Source: a virus
DNA length: 64,000 nucleotides
IMG/VR virus record: IMGVR_UViG_3300025138_000016
Strand: one strand, 5' to 3'
Shown here one piece after another: positions 18,126-27,763 of this stretch (the stretch's first letter is position 1; every line of letters begins with the position of its first letter). The notes under the pieces are model-generated. The model did not search any database. It saw only the letters and a program-made list of their open reading frames with translations, and was not told where the DNA came from. A program made the translations under genes and the position numbers.

Positions 18126-18649
18126 TATTCATACCAAGTTACTAGCACGACTCTATTACCCTTTAGAACCTTACTGACTGAATGCTGAACATTCGGTCCG
18201 TATGCTATAGTTTCACCAACCTTCTGCTTAACGATGACGGGTATAATCTCATCGCCTGGCTTATAATCTTTCTCGTTATATCTGTTTAAGACAGAGCCAT
18301 CTTCGGGGACTTGCATATCAGATTTATAGTGAGGTTCATATACTATAATATCTCCACCATCAAGATCATTTGCCTCGACGAGTGTTATTGCAGTCTTCTT
18401 AACTACATCGTTATTATCAGAATGCTTACGAGTAAACGCTCCTTCGATATAGTCTAAGAAATATTGAGAATGAATCTTAAGTTCATCAGTCTCTAATTCC
18501 ATTATAAATTTATCACTTGGTACAATACGTTGAGTAAGATAGTGCAAGTTATAAAATCTCTTTATAGTAACTATTGGTAGAGAGTAATACAACTCTTTCA
18601 TCTTATTATGTACGCTCTCTTCAAGCATACCTTCGCTTTTATACACCAA
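18125..18649 (-). CDS. 2OG-Fe(II) oxygenase; start uncertain, possibly 18628
   Basis: KHSD...GGD...HSVSKV..GNRVVLVTW (HxD...H...R). Confidence 0.8.
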   Translation of the reverse strand: MVYKSEGMLEESVHNKMKELYYSLPIVTIKRFYNLHYLTQRIVPSDKFIMELETDELKIHSQYFLDYIEGAFTRKHSDNNDVVKKTAITLVEANDLDGGDIIVYEPHYKSDMQVPEDGSVLNRYNEKDYKPGDEIIPVIVKQKVGETIAYGPNVQHSVSKVLKGNRVVLVTWYE

Positions 18650-19526
18650 TTAAATTACCCCATAAGTAAGTATGAACTCTAGCAGCTACATTATAGCCTC
18701 TCTTAAAGGCTTCAGCAGCAACGTCTCCATCTACTAGCTTCTGACCTTCTACAGTAGCACCAACAGGCATTATCCAAATAGGCCAATGCACGTGATGGTC
18801 TCTGAAAGCTTCAATAGTATCTTCGAGCTCTTTCCATGTCTCAGGCTTACCATCTACAACAAACTTAAGTTGCCCTGTGTTAGTAAACATCTGATACTTC
18901 TCTACAACTTCAGGACGAATAGCTCTCTTAGTCGTTTCTCCTGATACGTTAAATAATTTAGGGCTACATGATATAAATAATTCACTGCCCCATACATCTC
19001 TATACTCTTGCCAGAACTCTACTACCTCTGGTCTTATTGTTTGAGTACCATTAGTTTCATACGTTACAAACCTAGGATAGTCTCTTTCGTTTATCCAATG
19101 CTTCATCATATTCATACTACATATCTGAGCATGCTTCATAAAAGGCTCACCGCCAGTAAAGCACATATGTCTATCATTCCATTTACCATTATTCCATTTA
19201 TTAGTAAATCTTTCTCTTACCTTATCAGCTATCTCTACAGCTGTACCATTACGTTGTAAGTGCTTAAACTTCTTAGACCATGAATAAGAACTATCACATC
19301 CGAATTCAAATACAGGAAGCTCTTCCATATTCTTAATACCTATAAGATCAATATCTTTATAAGGTAGTTGATAGGTGTCTGGGTTAGTAGGATCTTCTTG
19401 ACCGAATCCATTACATTGTAAGTTACATAGAAAGAATCTCATCCATGCAGTCGGTCGTCCAGTATATTGACCTTCACCTTGAATAGAGTCGAATATCTCT
19501 GAGTAGTTATAAGTCTGCTCTGTCAT
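18639..19526 (-). CDS. queE: 7-carboxy-7-deazaguanine synthase (radical SAM)
   Basis: SEIFDSIQGEG, CNLQC...CDS, FTGGEP, ETNGT, SPKL, RVHTYLWG; start moved to MTEQTY. Confidence 0.95.
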   Translation of the reverse strand: MTEQTYNYSEIFDSIQGEGQYTGRPTAWMRFFLCNLQCNGFGQEDPTNPDTYQLPYKDIDLIGIKNMEELPVFEFGCDSSYSWSKKFKHLQRNGTAVEIADKVRERFTNKWNNGKWNDRHMCFTGGEPFMKHAQICSMNMMKHWINERDYPRFVTYETNGTQTIRPEVVEFWQEYRDVWGSELFISCSPKLFNVSGETTKRAIRPEVVEKYQMFTNTGQLKFVVDGKPETWKELEDTIEAFRDHHVHWPIWIMPVGATVEGQKLVDGDVAAEAFKRGYNVAARVHTYLWGNLIGV

Positions 19527-20053
19527 AATTCGTCCATTACTTGCTGAACCCATTTTATTACTCTAGGGTAAGTTAATGTAGGTTCATTATCTTCATCAAT
19601 AGGTAGACCGAAGAAGGTTGATTCATCAGCTAAGCCGTTAGATTGCTCCCAACGATAGCCATCCGTAGATGTTAGTCCTATTAGCCTTCCACCATTCTGT
19701 ACAACAACACCAGCTAACATACCAAGACCATCTACAAAGTTATTAGCATAGCCAACTTGATCACCTAGCCCATATAGCGCTACAGTCTGACCAGTAAAGT
19801 CAATTGCTTCAAATTTAGATATAGAGTTGTTCCAGTCGTCTGAGTATTCACCATAGGTATCTAATCTAGGTTCACACCAAGTAGGTATTCCGAGTATAAG
19901 GAGATCTGCTTTCCAGTCTTCTGGCTTAGCATCTTCGACGTTTATTATGTCTTTTGAATGAAAGGCGTTTAGGATCACATCACCAACTAGTTTAGTGAAA
20001 CCAGTTTCGGTACCATAAATTAGCTTTACGCCTATCTCTGAGTTGAGACTCAT
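19523..20053 (-). CDS. long-chain flavodoxin
   Basis: YGTETGFT, GIPTW, GLGDQVGY..NFVDG, GLPIDEDNE. Confidence 0.93.
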   Translation of the reverse strand: MSLNSEIGVKLIYGTETGFTKLVGDVILNAFHSKDIINVEDAKPEDWKADLLILGIPTWCEPRLDTYGEYSDDWNNSISKFEAIDFTGQTVALYGLGDQVGYANNFVDGLGMLAGVVVQNGGRLIGLTSTDGYRWEQSNGLADESTFFGLPIDEDNEPTLTYPRVIKWVQQVMDEL

Positions 20054-20098
20054 ATTAACTCCTAGTTATATTAAAGATGTGGAAGGGCACATCTTATA

Positions 20099-20620
20099 TT
20101 ATTTAGCTTGCTTACTAACCTTTCTGAGAACTCTCTTCATCTTTTCCCATTTACGTTTGAACCTAGCCAAGTTAACAGCATGAGCTCTAGTAAAGTACTC
20201 AATGCCATCTAAGTGATCTATTTCATGTAAGCAAACTCTTGCAGCGTTACCACTATACTTTCTTGTCTGCATTTCACCGTGCAGGTTAAAATATCTTACT
20301 CTAATATCTTTTGCTCGTTTGACCTTAACAAAGACACCAGGATAAGATAAACACCCTTCATCCATATTCACCTGCTCTTCTGACTCATAAGTCACAACAG
20401 GATTAAATATTACTTCAGTAGGCTCGGTAGCAATAGCAAATACTCTTGCGGGTATGCCAATCTGATTAGCAGCAAGACCTATACCATTTCCCTTTTCCAT
20501 AGTATCTATTAATTCTTTAGATAGATCAGATGGGTCTTTAATAGGGTTACTAAAATCGAACTCAGGCATTACTTGTCTGAGCATATCGTTAAGATCGCCG
20601 ATCGGTATTATTCTTGCCAT
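20099..20620 (-). CDS. def: peptide deformylase
   Basis: GIGLAANQIG, EGCLS, HEIDHLDG. Confidence 0.96.
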   Translation of the reverse strand: MARIIPIGDLNDMLRQVMPEFDFSNPIKDPSDLSKELIDTMEKGNGIGLAANQIGIPARVFAIATEPTEVIFNPVVTYESEEQVNMDEGCLSYPGVFVKVKRAKDIRVRYFNLHGEMQTRKYSGNAARVCLHEIDHLDGIEYFTRAHAVNLARFKRKWEKMKRVLRKVSKQAK

Positions 20621-20622
20621 TA

Positions 20623-22338
20623 CTAACTTGCCATTCTTGAGAAAGATTTAACTTTCTCGAATTTAATTATATGATGAAACTTATCTAATAAGGTATCACC
20701 CTTATGACTTATTATAAAGACGTTAGTGTCTGAAGTCAACTCATTTATTATTTTTAAGAATTCGTCTGTACCAGTTGAGTCAAGAGATGAATCGAACACT
20801 TCATCCATTACTAATAGGTTAGTAGAAGCTGAGTTTCTTATCTTAGAAATACTTCTCCATGTAAATAGTAATGCGAGATCTATTCTCATCTTCTCACCTT
20901 CAGAGAACGAAGCGTAACTAAAATCGTCTCTAAATCTAGACTTAATAGTCTCGTTAAAGCTCTCATCTAATTCAAACTGTACAAAGAAGTCCATAGCAGC
21001 GAGATACTTATTAATAAGTTTATTCATTATAGGAACATACTGCTTAATAATTTTAGTTTTAATACCTGTATCTTTTAATATAGTTGATACAACACTCAGT
21101 ACAGCTCTATTCATAACTGCTTCATTCTTAGATTGCTCTGATGTAACTAATTTAGTCTCAAAGCTAGTAAGTCTTTCTTGTTCTTTTGCTTTAGATCCTT
21201 TAGCGTCAGATAGCTGAGAGTTTTCTTCTTTAAGTTGTATATTAGTATCTACTAGAGTAGAGCTCTTCCATTGTACTTCACTTAACTCATTCTGCTTAAC
21301 TATTATATCTTCTTGTATTTGAGCTATCTCTTCTAGTCTAACTTCTATCTCTTGTAACTGAGTCTGTAATTGAACTGTACCTGACTCTACTTCAGTTATC
21401 TTAGCTGTATGATTGCATTTAGCATTCTCAACGAAGTCACCTTCTAGTGATTGATCGCATGTAGGACACTGATCGTTTGACTCATAGAAGTCTAATTGTG
21501 TCTGTAGATCGTTAATTTTACTATTAAGCTGCGTTCTTAATTCCTTAAGTTTCTCATAGCGAGCTTTAATAGTTTGTTTATCTTTAACTAACCCTTTAAG
21601 GCTTTCCAGTTCTTCTGTTAAAACACTAGTTGTCCCTTTCAGACCCTCGATCTGCGCGGTGTTATCTGCAACCTTTATCATATTACTACTGATGCGCTTT
21701 CTGTTGTCAGCCTCAAGCTCTGCTATATGCTCTTGGGTTAATGATATCTTCTCTTCTAGTAGATTAATACTATGATCTATCTCTAATATATCTTTATTAT
21801 TACTACTTACTCTATCCTTTAATAGGTTATTCATCACTGAGAATATTTGTAAGTCTAAGAGGTCTTCAATAACCTCTCTTCTATTCATACTACTTAATTG
21901 CATGAACGGAACGAATGAAGTAGATCCTAATACTACGACTTGAGAGAAAGCTTTATGAGATAACTTTAGTACTTGCTTCTCAAGATACTCTTGATAGTCT
22001 CTAGCAGCAGCATCCTGATTAATCATCTTACCGTTCTGCCATATCTCAAATACATTAGGTTTAGAACCTCTAATTATTTTATATGTATTCTGACCTACAG
22101 TAAATACTATTTCTACTTTTAGATCTTTCTTATTAATAGAGTTAATTAACTGAGGCTTAGATACTTTTCTGAAAGGCTTAGAGTAAAGAGCGTATGATAA
22201 AGCGTCTAAGAATGTAGACTTACCAGCTCCGTTATCACCAATAACTAAAGTAGATGGATTTCTATCTAAGTCTAGTTCAGTATAGACATTACCAGTACTT
22301 AAAAAGTTCTTCCATTTAAGAGTCTTAAATTTAATCAA
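20623..22338 (-). CDS. gp46: recombination endonuclease ATPase subunit (gp46, Rad50/SbcC-like)
   Basis: GDNGAGKST, CPTC zinc hook, FSEGEK, DEVFD. Confidence 0.97.
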   Translation of the reverse strand: MIKFKTLKWKNFLSTGNVYTELDLDRNPSTLVIGDNGAGKSTFLDALSYALYSKPFRKVSKPQLINSINKKDLKVEIVFTVGQNTYKIIRGSKPNVFEIWQNGKMINQDAAARDYQEYLEKQVLKLSHKAFSQVVVLGSTSFVPFMQLSSMNRREVIEDLLDLQIFSVMNNLLKDRVSSNNKDILEIDHSINLLEEKISLTQEHIAELEADNRKRISSNMIKVADNTAQIEGLKGTTSVLTEELESLKGLVKDKQTIKARYEKLKELRTQLNSKINDLQTQLDFYESNDQCPTCDQSLEGDFVENAKCNHTAKITEVESGTVQLQTQLQEIEVRLEEIAQIQEDIIVKQNELSEVQWKSSTLVDTNIQLKEENSQLSDAKGSKAKEQERLTSFETKLVTSEQSKNEAVMNRAVLSVVSTILKDTGIKTKIIKQYVPIMNKLINKYLAAMDFFVQFELDESFNETIKSRFRDDFSYASFSEGEKMRIDLALLFTWRSISKIRNSASTNLLVMDEVFDSSLDSTGTDEFLKIINELTSDTNVFIISHKGDTLLDKFHHIIKFEKVKSFSRMAS

Positions 22339-23386
22339 TTGACATTGCCTCAGAGTGTAGATCGAGTACTATCTTTTTAACTGCTTCTTGATCAGCAATA
22401 TCATCTAGCGCATCGACATATTTAAATAATATAGATAATGTATCTTCTGCTTCTTGTATTATATCATCTTCATCTTCTAAGTCCAAGTTAAGATGATCTT
22501 CTACTATCTGAACATGTATTGGCTCTTGACGCTCAAGTCGCTCAATAAACATATCAAACCAATAAGGGTTAGTTTTATTTTTAACGATGAGTTTAATATA
22601 GCAGTCTTTATATATGGTCATATCTTGATCAATGATATCAGTTACTACTGCATCTTCATCGTTGTACCATATCTTTTTAAACTGAGTAAAAGGATTATGT
22701 ATAAACTCTATCTCTCTTTTATCAGTATCGTATACATGAAAGCCTTTCTGGTCGTCAGCATCTGCCCAAGTCATCTCAAAAGGACATCCTAAGTAGTTAA
22801 CATTACCTTGAGTAGATTTAGTATGATAGTGACCAGTACAAACTAGGTCAAATTTATCTAAGAAGTTATCTTTCATTCCATGGAACATGGATTGACCTTT
22901 ATACATTTGATATCCTGAGAGTTCAAGATGACCAAATAGTACTTGAGAGGTAGTGTCGTTAATGAGCTCCATACACTCATCATAGTTATCATCACATATC
23001 CAAGGTAGCATTACTATATCATTCCATACTGAGGGTTTACTGTATGGTATTATATTACTATATTCCTTAGTAAGTAAATCAACTGAGTTAACTTCAATAG
23101 TATTCTTAAAATATGCATCGTGATTACCAACCAATACATGACACTCTATATTCCTATCAAGCATAGGCTGAAGAAACATTTTCTTAGCTCTATCTAATGT
23201 ATTAAAGTTAACGAACTTTCTACGATCGAAAGTATCACCTAAGTCAACAACAGTATCGATTTTATGCTCATCGATATAAGGAAAGAATACTTCACTAAAA
23301 AATCTCTCTTGAAAGTCTGCTACTCTAGCATTATCATTACGAGCTCCGAAATGTATATCGGTCACTAAAGCAATCTTACTCATCAA
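22331..23386 (-). CDS. gp47: recombination endonuclease nuclease subunit (gp47, Mre11-like)
   Basis: TDIHFG, GDTFD, GNHD, GHYH phosphoesterase motifs. Confidence 0.96.
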   Translation of the reverse strand: MMSKIALVTDIHFGARNDNARVADFQERFFSEVFFPYIDEHKIDTVVDLGDTFDRRKFVNFNTLDRAKKMFLQPMLDRNIECHVLVGNHDAYFKNTIEVNSVDLLTKEYSNIIPYSKPSVWNDIVMLPWICDDNYDECMELINDTTSQVLFGHLELSGYQMYKGQSMFHGMKDNFLDKFDLVCTGHYHTKSTQGNVNYLGCPFEMTWADADDQKGFHVYDTDKREIEFIHNPFTQFKKIWYNDEDAVVTDIIDQDMTIYKDCYIKLIVKNKTNPYWFDMFIERLERQEPIHVQIVEDHLNLDLEDEDDIIQEAEDTLSILFKYVDALDDIADQEAVKKIVLDLHSEAMSID

Positions 23387-23939
23387 TAAAGTTATCCAAA
23401 TTCTGAGTCTTCTTTTTCTCCTCTCGTCTTTCTTTTCTCTTCTCTATCTTTTCTTCGAAGTTAGATACAAAGTCTTTCATATAATCAGTCTCGAGGTTTA
23501 TTTTAACTGAACCAGTTTCAGAGGCATCATCAGCATGAGTAGCCATATCATCCATTATCATATGGTTCTCTAAAGTCTTATGCTTAATATATAATTGTCT
23601 CTTCTCTCTATCAATACGTCTTAAGAAAGCGTAGTATATTATTTGAGTGAAGTAAGCAAAAGGATTTTTACTCTTCTCTGGATCAAAGTTATTAAGATAG
23701 TTGATGCAGTTCTCTATACCATCACCTACCATCTCTTCTCTAAACATATAGTTAGAAAAATTAGGCTTATAAGATAGCCTGTTAGCTATCTGTAATAGAC
23801 ATTCGCCGACATAGTTAGGTATAGGTGGATATCCTTTATCCTTTTTCTTTAGTCCTTTCTCTTCAGCTTTAAGTCTTAAATGTTTATAATCAAGTAAGGT
23901 CTGATATAGTACCTTATTATCTACGTAGTGCTTTCCCAT
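23376..23939 (-). CDS. gp55: late sigma factor (gp55)
   Basis: HYVDNK..YVGECLLQIA..NFSNY..DGIENC..NPFAYFTQI. Confidence 0.96.
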   Translation of the reverse strand: MGKHYVDNKVLYQTLLDYKHLRLKAEEKGLKKKDKGYPPIPNYVGECLLQIANRLSYKPNFSNYMFREEMVGDGIENCINYLNNFDPEKSKNPFAYFTQIIYYAFLRRIDREKRQLYIKHKTLENHMIMDDMATHADDASETGSVKINLETDYMKDFVSNFEEKIEKRKERREEKKKTQNLDNFIDE

Positions 23940-24379
23940 TAGTGTATCTCGTTGTTAGCGAGGCCTTGTCTTGTTAATATGGCCTCTAACATATCTAAAG
24001 AGTTATCTTCTGACAGCGGTTCTTCTGTAGTAAGGTTATCAATTTCTTGAGTACCTTTTTTGAGTGCACGTTCGTTTACTCGATTTCTTGTTGTGAACCA
24101 GTCTTCTACAAATCTCATGTATGCGGCTTCTAGTCCTGTATCTAAATCACTATGAATAGTGACGATCAGTTCCTTAGGTAGCTCTGTTAATATTTCAGCA
24201 GATATAGAGAAAGGTGAATACATTCCTCTAAAATAATATTGCTGCTCCATTCCGGCTAGATTGGATAAAGGTCTTGTGCCCATTTCAACTGCGTTGGTAA
24301 TCGTTAGGTAGTACTCATCATCGTTAGAGATACGACCACAAAGAATAGTCCTATCGGAAAGACGAATGAATACAAACAT
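23939..24379 (-). CDS. hypothetical protein between uvsW and gp55
   Basis: 146 aa ORF coupled to gp55. Confidence 0.7.
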   Translation of the reverse strand: MFVFIRLSDRTILCGRISNDDEYYLTITNAVEMGTRPLSNLAGMEQQYYFRGMYSPFSISAEILTELPKELIVTIHSDLDTGLEAAYMRFVEDWFTTRNRVNERALKKGTQEIDNLTTEEPLSEDNSLDMLEAILTRQGLANNEIH

Positions 24380-24388
24380 AATTGTCCC

Positions 24389-25861
24389 TTATAGCTTTAC
24401 TTGATAGATCTTATAATCGAACTTCTCGTCGTTATAATATTTAACTCTTTCAGTAAAATGTTGAAGTGTATAATTCCTTTTCGAGCCCCATGAAAGGTCA
24501 TCAGCAATATCAAAAAGAGTACAAGCCTCTTTAGTATCTGATTTCCTTAAACCTCTGCCTATTGATTGTAAAACTCTAATCTTAGACTTAGAAGGTGAAG
24601 CAAATATAATATTATTTAGATTACGAATATTAATACCAGTAGAGAAGGTACCGTAAGAAGCTACAATAATAGCATCCTTTTCAGTCTCAACTACCGTTCT
24701 AATATTCTCTCTTATCTGAGCATCTATTTCACCAGAAACAAAAAAGACTTTACGGTCTGGATATAGACCATCTTTTATTTCTGATACTATACTATTATAT
24801 AATACTTTCCCATGCTTTTCAACTAATTGGTATAGTATTAACGTATTACCTTTAAGTGAATGAGCGAGGTTCTCAATGAATTTATTACGCTTCTCGTTAA
24901 GTATGATATGGTCTATTTCAGTTCTATAGTCTGCTTTCTTAAGTAGTTTACAATCCTCTTGTGGATGAGCTAGCTGTATACATTTTATCTTTAACTCAGC
25001 TAACGTACCTTCATCCATTAGTTCTTTAGATGTAGTAACCTTCTTAACAGTTCCGAATAGTCCTTCAAGGACAAGCTTATGTGTTTGTGTACCATCTAAG
25101 GTACCTGTGAATCCAAATCTATAAGGACAGTTTTCTAATTTAGTCATTATAGATGTGAGTGATTTAGATTTAAAGTTATGTGCCTCATCTCCCAGCACAC
25201 ACTTGAATTGATTGAACCATGGCTTAGGCATCTTATATATAGACTGCCATGTAGATATAACTATGTTCTCAGGTATGTCTACTCTCCAGCTCTTATCTTG
25301 AGTACCATCAATTACTCTTATATTATTCTCATAACCATATGACTCAAAATCAGTCTTCATTTGATATACCAACGAAGTTGTTGGAACGATAGTGAGAATT
25401 TTGATACCATCTTCTAGCATCTTTCTAGCTATGAAGTAAATAATTAATGACTTACCAGAAGCAGTAGGAGATAGTAATAAAGATCTTCTTGATCTCATTG
25501 CATGAGCGAAAGCTTCTATCTGATAGTCTCTTGGTTCTAGGTTAGATGCACCCTTACACCATTCAGTAGCTTCTTTAATAGAGTATTGTTCGTCCATGAG
25601 TTCATCATCAACGTCAACCTCATAGCCTCTTTCGTAAGCAAACTTTCTTATGTACGGTATTAATCCACCATATAGTAGCATAGTGGCCGGATTATATAAA
25701 CGTATCTTACCGTCCCAGAATTTATTTCTAACCTGAGGCATGAACTTAGCACCTGGAACTGTGAATGTAAAGAACTCAGAAAGCTCATAAGCTACACCAG
25801 GTTCACAGAATGCTTTGACGTAAGCGTCGTTATACTTTTCTACGTATAATTTCTCTGTCAT
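24389..25861 (-). CDS. uvsW: helicase UvsW
   Basis: WDGKIRL, PTASGKS, DEAH, GFTGT, QSIGRGLR. Confidence 0.96.
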   Translation of the reverse strand: MTEKLYVEKYNDAYVKAFCEPGVAYELSEFFTFTVPGAKFMPQVRNKFWDGKIRLYNPATMLLYGGLIPYIRKFAYERGYEVDVDDELMDEQYSIKEATEWCKGASNLEPRDYQIEAFAHAMRSRRSLLLSPTASGKSLIIYFIARKMLEDGIKILTIVPTTSLVYQMKTDFESYGYENNIRVIDGTQDKSWRVDIPENIVISTWQSIYKMPKPWFNQFKCVLGDEAHNFKSKSLTSIMTKLENCPYRFGFTGTLDGTQTHKLVLEGLFGTVKKVTTSKELMDEGTLAELKIKCIQLAHPQEDCKLLKKADYRTEIDHIILNEKRNKFIENLAHSLKGNTLILYQLVEKHGKVLYNSIVSEIKDGLYPDRKVFFVSGEIDAQIRENIRTVVETEKDAIIVASYGTFSTGINIRNLNNIIFASPSKSKIRVLQSIGRGLRKSDTKEACTLFDIADDLSWGSKRNYTLQHFTERVKYYNDEKFDYKIYQVKL

Positions 25862-26258
25862 ATACTTTGTGTCTAAGATTTGTTGTACTAAAGTTATGGT
25901 CTCTATTATTAAAGAATAACTCTATACCTCTTCTCTGGCAAATCTCTTTACCTGTAAAATCTTTTTGTCTATATTCCTCTCCGAGGATACGAACGTTGAT
26001 AGGAAGCATCATTAATATATCTAATAGATCAGATTCAGTCGCATAAGGAATAATCTCATCTACGTATTTAATAGCTTGTAGTTGTGTATATCGTTCAACG
26101 ATAGTTTGTGTTGGAGAGTTCTTTTCTGCTCTGTCGATAGTTGGATCTACCTGCAGTCCACATATAAGATAATCACAATGCGCTTTTGAGTCACGTAACA
26201 TACTCACATGACCAGCATGTAATAAATCAAATGACGAGCATGTAAAACCAATCTTCAT
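25830..26258 (-). CDS. cytidylyltransferase (TagD-like)
   Basis: SSFDLLHAGH (HxGH), YVDEII, RDHNFSTT. Confidence 0.9.
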   Translation of the reverse strand: MKIGFTCSSFDLLHAGHVSMLRDSKAHCDYLICGLQVDPTIDRAEKNSPTQTIVERYTQLQAIKYVDEIIPYATESDLLDILMMLPINVRILGEEYRQKDFTGKEICQRRGIELFFNNRDHNFSTTNLRHKVYDREIIRRKV

Positions 26259-26259
26259 A

Positions 26260-26985
26260 TTAATCTTCTCTATGACTAGTATTTAGCATCAGTATAATAC
26301 TGCTTAATACATCTTGACTTAACGTAGCATAGTGAGTAGTATCTTTAGGTAGACATTTACCACCAAAGCCAAACTTACCATCTGGACCAGGTACATCCCA
26401 ATGCGTAGCAGGGTCTAACGAAGGTTGTAGTAATGATTTAACAGCATCATAGTCTATATCTAACAGTAAACATTTCTTTCTTAATTCGTTAGCAAATGTA
26501 ACCTTAGTAGCTAAGAATGCATTCCTTGACATCTTAAACATAGCTGCTTCTTTAGGTGTTACAGCATCAACTGCTCTATGTTTACGTATAAGGTCATAGA
26601 ACATATTGCCTTCTATTTCTTTTATACCTATTACATCTCTAACTTGTGGTTGAGTAGCGTCTATATTAAACGTTACCTCTCTTAAGAACTCAGGCCATAT
26701 AGTAGCTTCTGGATACAAGCATACACTTTCAGGTGGTAGAGTAGAACGAATGATCTGATGACCTTTAAACTTATTATATACTTCATCTACTATATCTGTT
26801 TCAAGTTTACCATCTCTAAGATTAGTAGGAACGCATATGAATACGCAATCGAAATCCCATTTAACTTGAGCACTAAACCCAGCTTGTGGATCGTGAATAG
26901 TTACAGGATCGACGCCCATAGATCTAAGAGTAAGTTCAGTCGCTTTACCTACAAAGCCGTAACCAATTATAAGTGCTTGCATCAA
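26260..26985 (-). CDS. UDP-glucose/GDP-mannose dehydrogenase family protein (short form)
   Basis: GYGFVG, CVPT, PEFLRE, GFGGKCLPKD; lacks the usual C-terminal domain. Confidence 0.88.
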   Translation of the reverse strand: MMQALIIGYGFVGKATELTLRSMGVDPVTIHDPQAGFSAQVKWDFDCVFICVPTNLRDGKLETDIVDEVYNKFKGHQIIRSTLPPESVCLYPEATIWPEFLREVTFNIDATQPQVRDVIGIKEIEGNMFYDLIRKHRAVDAVTPKEAAMFKMSRNAFLATKVTFANELRKKCLLLDIDYDAVKSLLQPSLDPATHWDVPGPDGKFGFGGKCLPKDTTHYATLSQDVLSSIILMLNTSHRED

Positions 26986-27266
26986 TCGTCTAGTCCTGGG
27001 TAAAAGTTATCATGTTTAGCTTTATATCCATAGAACGATCCTTCTTTAACTTCTTCTTTAGGTTCGTTCTCTTCCACCCAATCATCTAATCCATAATAAG
27101 GTGGTACGTTCTCGAGAGCTTTTTCAGCTGCCCATTTGACTTGCATTATTTTTTTGAAGCATGCAAAGCCATTAAAGCCATCTATATTAGGATCGTGCAT
27201 AACACCTTCCCATAAACTAATTGCTTCTTTAACACTATTGACCGGTGTCTTATCTATATACGGCAT
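26982..27266 (-). CDS. hypothetical protein
   Basis: Start moved to MPYIDK (TAATG overlap with the uvsY stop). Confidence 0.7.
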   Translation of the reverse strand: MPYIDKTPVNSVKEAISLWEGVMHDPNIDGFNGFACFKKIMQVKWAAEKALENVPPYYGLDDWVEENEPKEEVKEGSFYGYKAKHDNFYPGLDD

Positions 27267-27700
27267 TATAAACCTACCTTGAATTTTTCCCACTCAACAG
27301 CTGCTTTAATATTAAAACCTCTACTATTAAGGGAACGGATTGCTGACTCTAAAAAGTCAACCTTCTCTTGTTGATATGCAATCTTAAGCGTTAGTTCAAT
27401 ATAGTCTTTATCACTATCGACATATTGAGGTATATCTGTCCTTAAGATTTTTAACGGATTAGGTTCCCAACCGAGTTCAGTTAACTCAGTATAGTCCAAA
27501 GAACCATTGTAGTATTCATATTTTTGTTTTTTCAGAACTTTAAGTTCAGCCTCGAGCTTACGACACTGTAATCTCTCACTGCTAAATATATTAAAGTATT
27601 TGGAATGAAGCCTTGAGATCTTCAAAGCTTCCTCACCCAGCTCAGTACGATCGATATCACTATCGACGGACCACTTATTCATAATATCTTCTAATGTCAT
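27266..27700 (-). CDS. uvsY: recombination mediator UvsY
   Basis: WSVDSDID..LHSKY..KYEYYNG..RGFNIKAAVEWEKF. Confidence 0.93.
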   Translation of the reverse strand: MTLEDIMNKWSVDSDIDRTELGEEALKISRLHSKYFNIFSSERLQCRKLEAELKVLKKQKYEYYNGSLDYTELTELGWEPNPLKILRTDIPQYVDSDKDYIELTLKIAYQQEKVDFLESAIRSLNSRGFNIKAAVEWEKFKVGL

Positions 27701-27734
27701 AATATATAGTTATCTCCAATCTACTACATAGATT

Positions 27735-27763
27735 ATTATAACGGCTTCTTACTTCGAAATCAA
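27735..27763 (-). promoter_or_regulatory. sigma70-type promoter for the uvsY operon
   Basis: TTGATT-N17-TATAAT. Confidence 0.7.

Noticed and set aside
12514-19526. que genes as auxiliary genes for host tRNA queuosine synthesis
   Set aside because: No queA, queG/queH or canonical tgt here, and the linked divergent TGT-fold protein and formyltransferase fit DNA modification better; not formally excluded.
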